Position numbers and translations under genes: made by a program. This document shows positions 37,251 through 46,352 of a DNA stretch of 46,352 bases, one piece after another. The number at the start of each line of letters is the position of its first letter. Within the stretch, counting starts at the first letter, position 1. Origin of the DNA: Perkinsus olseni. Lineage: Eukaryota. The DNA is taken from the NCBI GenBank assembly GCA_013115125.1, contig JABANN010000009.1:124001-170352 (forward strand). The letters run 5' to 3'. The notes beneath the pieces were generated by a model that was not told the DNA's origin, did no database searches, and was given only the letters and a program-made list of their open reading frames with translations.

Positions 37251-38271
37251 GGTATTGAAGATTCTCTACCCGCGGTGAGCTACCTGGTCAATTTTCGCGT
37301 CTGATTTCATTTTATCTCAGTCCGCAGTAGAATTTTCTGAGGAGCGGTGCTGGCTGTCGCCAAGGCCAAGTTCTGTGCTCAAAAAGGGCTTATGTTTGAT
37401 TCACGGCAAGAGTCACTTGGGAGTTATCGATGGCTTTGACTTTCTGTATCCCAGTGCCCCCACTCAGCCAATTCAAATGAGGAAGTGAGCGAGGGTGGAC
37501 GTGAAATCTTTCCCTTTGTCGCTCACTGTCGTATGGAAGTCTCCATTCGGTGTTGTTTCTCCCCTTTCAGAAGGAGAAACCCCGAGGTGGGAGGATTATC
37601 TTAACTACTCGAAGGATGCCACCGCGGCGTGCTTTCTTTCGTGAAGCTTGTTAGTATTCACTGCTACCCTGCTAGGTTGTAACTCTGCACGTAACATCAC
37701 TCATGGTGCACGTTGGCATGAGTGAGAGAATGGACTGCTCGTAATTATTGTAGTCCTGACTTGATGTGCCGAGAGCCGACATTTTCTGAGATTACCGACG
37801 CTATCCCCAACCTACAGGGCGAAACGATCATTTCTTCCTATATCATTGCGGGTGTTGTGAGGATCTTTCTGGTCCGCAGTTGCAACGTCACCTGTTGAGC
37901 TTTCTCATTAGCAGAGACATCCCGGTGCTCGGGGCCGGGCCACGCGCCTCTCACAGGATATTCTCTGGTCGCAGGGCTAGTTGAGTTGCTCTCAATTCCT
38001 GGTCCTGATCGCCCTATCGGAGGCTCCATCCTGGTCATCGTAGAGTTTCGTAGGAAGTACATGGCGAGTCTCTAATGGAGACCTCCTGGCTGATTTTTGT
38101 CCAGTGGAGGTAACCTTGTCGTTCTCTAGACGATTTCAGATATTGGTGTCGTGAAGCTCACTGAGTGCGTCCTCTGTACCAGCCTCTTCTCGCGGGCGAT
38201 CCTTCTGTCTGACCCCGAATAATGAAGATCTTTCGCGCTTTGGCCACAGTTTGTCTTTCCTTCAAGCTGTT

Positions 38272-39893
38272 ATGGCTCCTCACGAAGTTAAGATTCTGGA
38301 GCTCTTCAGCGGCATCGGCGGTATGCGATGTGCATTGGCCTCGGCTGGAATCCAGTAGTATTGGGGATGGGATTATAATCGATCGGTCGATCGATTGGCC
38401 GTGCCTTATTTGTGAGTGACTTCGTAGGTCTACCACGATAACAGCTGTTGACGTCAACACGGAATCTAACAAAGTGTATAACAAGAGCTACGGGGACAAA
38501 CCGCAGGCTAAGAACATTGCGTCTGCCGGTAATCTGAATGGCGATGAGGCTTCTCTCTTACCGAATTGAAAGCGTTACAGGAGAGCTCTGCTGGGGAATG
38601 CGTCACTTCCAGAGGATAAAGACTGTGGTAGTTTTGCTGTACAAGGTTTCTGAACGCCCTCCCATTTTGGTACCAAATCGAACGGCAGGCTGAAATTCCG
38701 CAGCGCTGACGGTGAAGCTTGAGTGCATTGCATCAGGTGTTAAGTGGTTTGACTCAATGGATGCGGTAATGTGGACGATGAGTCCTCCATGTCAGCCATA
38801 CACTCGACAGGGCAAGCAGCAGGATTCGGACGACTGCCGAGCTAGCGCACTCGGAAGAATCATCGAGGTCGCTGGTTCATCAGCGACCGATGGTAGAAAG
38901 TTGTTTTCATGTTAGGTTCTCGGGAAAATGAAGAACCCTCCTCGAGTTATTCTGCTCGAGAACGTCGTCCACTTCGAAAGATCAGCGTCACTCTGCGAGC
39001 TCTTGCATACACTGCACAAGATTGGAGGCTACCACTGTCGTGGTTTTATGTTGAGCCCGATGCAATTTGGCTTCCCCAACTCGCGGAGCAGATTCTATCT
39101 GGTTGCCATACGAGATGAGGCGGCATTCTCGAAGCTTCCGTCTGGAACAGCGGACGACGCAGAGACTCTCTCGCTCACGGTGTACAAGAGCATCCCATGC
39201 GCGCACTGCAACGAGAAGTCACTGCGGGTCGAGTCAAAGGAGGTAGTGACTCCGATTCCTGGCCAAGAGGGCTTCGAGCTGGTCATGGCTGACATCGAAT
39301 GTGATTGCGAGTATGTACCTCGCGAGATTGGGCTGTTCCTCGATTCTCCTGACTCTCTATCAACAACATGCGATGTACCAAAGACGACGCTTGAGAAGGC
39401 TTCTAGTTTCTGCTTCGACATTGTCTCGGCCAAGTCACTTCAGTCAATGTGCTTTACTAAAGCCTACAGAAAATTCTACAACGGCACGGGTAGTGTCTTG
39501 CTCAAGTCGCAAACACCAACTGAGCCGGATTGGTGGGACGAAATGGGCAGACCTCATTTCCGTGACTTGAAGAGCATGACTGAACTGGTCGGTCAGCTAC
39601 GGTATTTCACGTCGAGTGAGATCGCCCGGCTGCAAGGATTCCCGTTGAAGTCTGATGGTAACCGTTGGCGGCCGGCTCTATGTTCGAAACATGAAGAGGC
39701 GGTCGAGCCTAGGGAGAAACGACCGAAAATCGACGAGGATGTAGCGACGTCGTTGTGTACTGATGTGGAAGAGCTGGAGGTTCCGGTGAGGGCCTTGGTC
39801 GGCATGCTCGGAAACTCTCTGAATCCTGAGGTGGTGAGTAGGATCATCACCGTATGCGAGATTGGTGGTTTCTTGGCACGCGGAACGAGCTGA
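38272..39893 (+). CDS. DNMT2: tRNA (cytosine-38-C5) methyltransferase DNMT2/TRDMT1
   Basis: ILELFSGIGGM, AVDVN, MSPPCQPYTRQG, LLENV, PNSRSRFY, the DNMT2-diagnostic CFTKAY, LRYFT..EIARLQGFP and LGNSLN. Confidence 0.93.
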
Positions 39894-40267
39894 AGGGCTG
39901 GCAGGCCAGATCAACTTGCCACTGGATAAGCCGACGTGGAGGATGGGATGGCCGCCGACCATCGGCCGGTGACCGGTTGTGTCTGGACGTCTCTCAGAGA
40001 AGTGATGCCTTTTGTTTGCATTGGTAGTAGCGTAGTGGAACACTCGTAGACGTAGACGGAGGGTTTGATCTCTCTTGGAAAATGCGGATAATTTGAACCG
40101 TTCCTATTTATCACATTTTACACTAAGGCTCTGGCTCGCTTCAGTTGATATCGAGACATACTTTTCGACAATCTCCTTTAGACAAGGTCCTGCCTTTGAA
40201 GAGAGCCCCGGTACCTATGGACTCGGCGTCTAATTCCTCCGCGTGTTTAGTAGTGCTTGCTTTGTCC

Positions 40268-41458
40268 ATGATGTCGAAAAGGCAGTCCCCTTCTTACACC
40301 GTGAAGCAGTTCTTGAACCAGAAGAAGAACGCCTTGACGAAGGCTGACAAGTCGTCCAAGGGCAGCTGGGACTCAGCGACGATACCTCTCTGTGACCTCA
40401 TCAATTCAAGTGACGATTATTATACGACGAGCAGCTGTAGCGGAAGAGTTCAAGTGAGTTGAGGCGTTCGGGAACGTGGAGCGTTACCAGAAATCAGATA
40501 TGAGTATGTGCTGAGTAACGTACGTCGGCCCAGCCTTCGCTCGAGAATTGGCGTTGGACGGTGCTCTCGCTTCGCTGAGGGGGAATTCCTCACGTTAGGA
40601 GTTGATCGATTTCAACACTCCCTTACAGGTCTGGGCCGGCGAGTCGACGCAGAGCAAGACTGATGGACACTTCATGCATCGGTACGGCATATCCCACGAT
40701 TACATCCCTACAGACTACCTGCAGAATCTCCCTGGACCTGAAGAAGAGCCCTTCCTATGGCTCAAGGTAGGTGGTCGACGTATGTTGCTGAGTACAGAAT
40801 CTTCGCTATGCGATGCTCGTGTCAGTTCGAGCCGATTATTCTCCACGTCGCTTGCAGCTCTCTAGAGTCTGCCATGAAGCTCGTCCGAGGGTTCAGGACG
40901 GTTTTGCCTCTTAGTATGATACGCAGCATTCAGGTGAGCAAACTTCGCCCCGTTTCTTGCGGTCCTCCGAGCTCATGAATCTCTATTCGAGTAGTCTATT
41001 CTTCGACTGGAGTGGTATCGTTTCATAGGTTCATTTTTGTTCATAGGTTCGCTAGTTAGCCCGTTCAGTAACACCCTATCACTGATAGACCATCAGACCT
41101 GAGCGTCTCCGCAAATCCGGCTCTGGCGTGTGAGAATATAGATTTCTTCATTGGTCTCAGGCGAGCTCCCCCGAGGACTGCAAGAAAGTTCTTATTGCGG
41201 TTGAGGGAGAGGATCGTATCGACGCTCCGATTCGTTTTCAGGGCCAGGACTTGTAGAAGCATTCTTCTCACCGATCAATCGGGCGAGCTCGGTTGCTCCT
41301 CTAGGTACACAGGTCCGGCTGCTGACTGGTTGATTAAGGCAGCCAATGAGAAGCTTCGGAGGAACTTCGAGCGCATCGACGAAGTGACCGAGGCCGTGAA
41401 AAAGGTCCTCGAGGGCGTCGACATGCCCACCTGCGAGGATTTCACCCCATCAGAGTGA
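40268..41458 (+). CDS. TYW3: tRNA wybutosine-synthesizing protein 3 methyltransferase, multi-exon
   Basis: DKSSKGSWD..I.PLCDLIN..DYYTTSSCSGRV, SHD, LKFEPIILHVAC and ANEKLRRNFERID. Confidence 0.9.
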
Positions 41459-41838
41459 AACTCTTACTAATGAAGACGACAGTTTCTCCTCATTTCTTAT
41501 CGTTGACTTTAAAGTTAATCGAAGTGGAGGCTAATTGACCTTGGAGCTGAAAGTGACTGTTCGGGCGGCGCATCCCAACTCGCTCGGACTGTGGACTACT
41601 GGATACAGAGGGAAACACGATGTCGAGGTCTTCAGCAGTGGTGAAGTTCATATCGCAGACCAGTAGCAAGATACAGAATTGAGCCGTGAATGACACTGAG
41701 GGCTATGCTCTCAAATGCTCTCAATCGGATGGAGTATCGCTCGTAGATGGGTTCGTGCACTCGAACGAGCAAATTCGCAGATCTACACAATAATGATACG
41801 AGAGCGAGTACGATCAGAGTATTCCCGATCGCTAAACG

Positions 41839-44465
41839 ATGCTAGTCTCGCGGCTGCTGTTGTTGTTACCTCAAGCCTTCTGGGCGGCAGTGGATGATGG
41901 TGATTTCCTGCCTGACTACGACTGCAGAGGCTGGCCCAACGGACGTCAACCGTCATCAGTTCTAGGTGACGCAGCGAGCGGGCTGTGATCGTCACTCAAC
42001 CAGAAAACAGCACGTTGATGGGCGACTTTCCGACGTGTTGTCAAGAACCGCTGGAAAAGCGGCCTCTACTATTTAGTCGCGTCAAAACGAGTTCTGATGG
42101 GTTAGGCTTCACCATTCTGATTTTAGTCGGGACCATGGACCGAGAGACAAGATTACTAATGAGGCACTAGGGCACGTCTTTGAGCGAAAATTTTTTGGGA
42201 GAACTTCGGTCAGGTATCGATTGGGACTCATGGCGACAGGGAATCCACCGAATGGAAGAAGACTGGCTCGACGGAAGTCTCGAGGTGTGGCTGCCATGAT
42301 GCTTCCGCTATCCCCCATATTTCATCCTATGGGGATTATCTTATTACAAGTTGCAGGTTCTGAGCACCATCTTCGCCTCTGAAGACACTTTCAATCTTGC
42401 CAGTGCTGAGTGCCCTCTGGGTACACTAACGGCTGTGCTCATAGAGATGGGCGTGTGCTTCCAACGAGATTTCATAGACCAACAGAGGCGTGATGCTCAT
42501 CGAGCTCACCTCGTGCAGGGCTGTTACAAGTGATTAGACTACCTCAAGCGCCCTACATTCCACCGCCGTCTGCTCCATACCGCTATCCTTCGATCGTTGT
42601 ACGGTGACAGGCTCACAATTGATCACTATTGACCTGAGATATTCGCTCATCGGCAGCAGCCTGGCTCAAGTTCTCTCTTGACCAGGTGGTCCGATGGTGC
42701 TTCTCAGGGATAATTGGAACCGCTTCCTATCCTTGGTCTCCCAGTTCCGCGGCTCTCATGCTTCGCTCCGAGTTTTCCTGGGTATAGTACCACTCCAGCA
42801 GCGTAGCCTTCTGGTCGCAGTCTTCACCAGGTACTTATTGGCCCATTTTCCCTCTCCTGAACTTCAAATCTTACACCGACCCCATCAACTCCTTCGTGGG
42901 CGACGTGGACCTCGACTGTGAAGATCCTGCCAGCAACTACACAATAGACTGGTCGCATGCCTCCGAGCTCGGACACTTGGAGAAGCCCCCTCGTCAGGCC
43001 GGAGCTTCGCCGACGGTTTGAAATAGAAGAGAAAGACTGGCTCTTCGTATCGAGAGAATTGACGCATAGCCAAGTATAGCTCTCCTCAGCTGCACCGCTC
43101 CTCGAGTTCTATTGCTTGCAAGGCTCTGACTGCGACAGACTCGGACAAACTCTTCCCGGAGTGTCCAATGGGCTACACCGCTGTCAGCGCCGCGAAGATT
43201 CTCGTGTGTGCAGGTATCCTTAAAGTTCGGAACTCATCGCTATTCCGAGCCGGATTCTTCAGGTGTCGAGCCTGTTTGCTTCGACAAGCATGCCGAAAGG
43301 ATCGAACGACTCTTATTCACCCATCCGCCCCACGTTATCTCAGCAAGTGCGCTCGACCGTTCCCTTCTCTTCATGCAAGGATCCTTGTCGAGGTTCGTGG
43401 AGGCTGCCGAGCATGCTACACCACGTCCGATGGGCTACAGCAAGACATCCCTTTCAGCTCGATTTCTCGAGAACAATGCTCGTAAATGGGCCGCTTTTCT
43501 TCACACTAGAAAGCCTATCGGATGACACGTCAATCAGTGAAAAAGACGTCCTTGCGGCTCTCTGGCGCATTCGCTCTAGCTCCTCACGGATCGTCGTGGT
43601 CACTATGGTCTACGGCATCCGATTCAACCAATACATAGACAGATTCATCCGCCGCGCTAAGGCAGTCGGTGTTGAGCACTTGCTCGTTTTCGCTCTAGAC
43701 GAGGAGGCCTACGTATTGTGTCGTGCCGCCGGTACCTCTTTGTGCATCAGAGGGACGCCGAGTATCATCAACAAGTTCACGTTGCCGCTCGTTCTGCTGC
43801 GTGCCGGGTTGGATGTTTTATGGGTGGACTTTGATGTTTTCCTATTCCGAAACCCCCTGCCACACTTGTCGAAGTACTCCGATCACTTCGATCTCCTGAT
43901 TTCGGATTCGTTCTCCACTCGTTGCATCTGTAATGGTGTTGTTTTCTTCCGTTCAATGCCCGCAGTACAGGAGTGGTTACTGGCGTTAGTACAGTGGATG
44001 TATGAGCATCCCTACGAACATGACCAGAAGGCCGTGTCTGCTTTCCTTCACGCCGGCGAGATGGTGGCCTCTGAAGACAGCCTCCCCGTGGGGCGCGACT
44101 TCCATCAAGTGCCCATCCCTCGGTGGGGCTATCTTGATGGAGCAACACAATTCGTCACCGCCAAGCATGTTGAAGATACAGGATGGACTGGCGATCCCGA
44201 CGATATCGTCTTCCTTCACTTCCTTCATGGTGACTCCGATGCTGCGTCTGGCGTCAGTCCAGCGGAGTCTCGAGGCGATGAGATCGTGTACCGTGATCTA
44301 ATGTCTATTTTTTATGGTGCTGCAGATGAAACGCTCTACGATACCCCTGGCCTCCCACATACTGTCAATAATACTATACGAGATGCCTTATATGAGAGTT
44401 TCTGGGAAAGTCGGCCTCGGTGGCGGCCCGTTTGCACTGGTGCTGTCCCTCATGAAGAGCTCTGA
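41839..44465 (+). CDS. Secreted nucleotide-diphospho-sugar transferase (GT77-like) with a long N-terminal region
   Basis: Signal-peptide-like MLVSRLLLLLPQAFWAA. The C-terminal ORF has LLVFALD, K..LL..GLDVLWVDFDVFLFRNP (DxD), ICNGVVFF and HDQ. Linkage of the upstream exons is inferred. Confidence 0.72.
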
Positions 44466-44966
44466 TACGGAGAATTGCTATTGCGTTCGGAGTCTTCTAG
44501 GATTGAGAGCCTTATCATCGTCTCTGTGTGAAGCTCAGATGCCTGCGAATGTGGTTTACTGCTTGCTCATTCGCTATAGGTTACCTATGATACTCGAACT
44601 TCGAGTCTCGAATTCGATCACCTGTCTAGGTGGAGAACTCTAGTCTAACGATCCGTCTCCACCGACATCAACGCGAAGCCACTTTCATGCGGCTTGGTCG
44701 AGTGGCTCTATGCCGGAAAGACGGTGAATAGTTCTACCTCATCACTCGTTGAGGCAAAGAGACCTTTTCCTCTTCTACAAACACTTTTTGTTTCGTCCAG
44801 ACAGGTATGGAACAGCCTCGATAGCGAGGTACAGTATTCAATCATTGAATTTCAATGCCTCATGAGGTTTCGCTACTATGAACACAGGGTCGCCATGGTA
44901 CAACGGCACCAACAGCATATGGGAGCACGAGAGAACTTTTGGTCGCCTTCTTTGTCTAGGACACCA

Positions 44967-45300
44967 TCAAACCAATGATATGAGCGCAGTGGGGCTCCAC
45001 TGCCCGTTCCAGTCGACCCTTACGAGTCCTACTTCGATTGTCGAACTAGCCGTCTTCCCAAGATCTCTAGCCTGTATCACTAGAACCCATCCACCGCCAG
45101 CACTCGGACGAATTCGGAGTAACTCTGGAGATAATTCGTCGTAGCCTAGTAGGTCCTCAAGGATCAGGATTACTGGGTCATGAGTCTCATTTGAGCAGTC
45201 GAGCTCCAGGCAGCCATCGCGAGCAACCATGCCGTCCTTAAAGAAGTCAACTCCGTATCCTTCCGAGTGAAGGCTCAACTCAACTGAGCAATTTCCAGAG
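44967..45300 (-). CDS. Unknown lineage-specific family exon, copy A
   Basis: GYGVDFFKDGMVARDGCLELDCSNETHDPVILILEDLLGYDELSPEL..IQARDLGKTASST; paralog of 45965-46275. Confidence 0.55.
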
Positions 45301-45964
45301 TGAGGGTTACTCATGGCCCTTACTGTGATTTCTTTGAGTTGACCAACTACTGTATCGGTTGCCTCGTATAAAACTGACGGGAATGGTTGTGCTCATGCTC
45401 AATTGGGCATGGTTGTGCTCATGCTGGTCAATCATTTCCTGTGCACAATATTCGCATTCCTCATCAATGTCCCACTCGTTTGCGGCCTTCAATCACTCAA
45501 CCTCGAACAATAGCTCAACAGAATTCCGATGCAGAATACCATAACACTAAACGACGAGACTCGGAGTAAGCTGGAAAGACACCTAACGTACACCGCCCTT
45601 CTCTCGAGTCAGTGCCGCTATGACGGCTTAGGTTTATCCCACTTCGGATTCCAAACCCGTTCTGTATCGACCTCGTCCAGACGACGTGAGGGAATATCTG
45701 CCACTTAAGACGGATGAACTGTACGAACCGTCGATACGCGCGTCCATTCCGGGAATAACTCGTCTGGGCGAGTTAAAAACCAGCCGTAAGTGCCCATCGT
45801 GAGATACAATACTCGAATCTCAGCGAGTATGGCCAGGTTGTCTACTATCAACGCAGCACCACCATTGTACAACGACATCAACGACAGCATCAATTGCCCC
45901 GTTATCTAAGAAGATTATACGTCAATGAAAAACTTTGGTCCTCTATATTCAGGGTACCAGCAAC

Positions 45965-46275
45965 CTAATGACTTAGGCGAGATGGAGCTCTACTGCCCTT
46001 TCTGATCGACCCTTCGGAGGCTCTACTCAGTCGAACCTTGACAGTCGAACTAGCCGTCCTCCCAGGATCTCTAGCCTGTATCGTTAGGGACCATCCGTCG
46101 CCACCTCTAGGACAAACTCGAAATAACTCTGGATATAGTTTATCGTAGCCTAGTAGGTCCTTGAGCATGAGGATTTCTGGGTCATGACTCCCATCTGAGC
46201 AGTCGAGCTCCAGGCAACCATCGCGACCAACCGTCCCGTCCATGAAGAAGTCAACTTTGTACCCTGTCGACTGAA
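45965..46275 (-). CDS. Unknown lineage-specific family exon, copy B (gene continues beyond the window)
   Basis: DFFMDGTVGRDGCLELDCSDGSHDPEILMLKDLLGYDKLYPEL..IQARDPGRTASST; aligns without gaps to copy A. Confidence 0.55.
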
Positions 46276-46352
46276 GGATTAAGCCAAACCCAGTATTAAG
46301 TTAACACAGACCCAGGTTGAGTCAGATTAACGTAATTAATGAGTTCTAAATT

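Noticed and set aside
42655-42670. TGGCTCAAG resembling the 3' end of the dinoflagellate/Perkinsus spliced leader
   Set aside because: Match is too short, lies in an intron-like context, and lacks the rest of the leader.

Overview
Gene-dense eukaryotic DNA (about 50% GC, GT-AG introns mostly about 50-80 nt). Gene content and intron style suggest an alveolate protist, most likely Perkinsus (inference). Contents: a dead MULE transposase, EMC4, two tandem UbiA prenyltransferases resembling the lycopene-elongase (CrtEb/LyeJ) type, a Prx5 peroxiredoxin, a tandemly duplicated block of an LRAT/NlpC-P60 gene plus an S10 serine carboxypeptidase (one S10 copy is a pseudogene carrying a hAT remnant), a very long organellar IF2, a small basic Cys-rich protein with a probable mitochondrial presequence, a stand-alone BPL_N protein, a probably intronic tRNA-Ser(GCT), DNMT2, TYW3, a nucleotide-diphospho-sugar transferase and two copies of an unknown family. 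The most striking signal is not a gene. A 21-nt structure with variable sequence but fixed geometry, X7-N-revcomp(X7)-N-last5(X7), occurs at least 11 times exactly. Comparison with paralogs in the window shows it to be a 14-nt templated insertion. It was found only in introns, intergenic DNA and pseudogenes. It looks like the footprint of a specific excision or repair process that I do not recognise. Exon boundaries were inferred by eye and are approximate.
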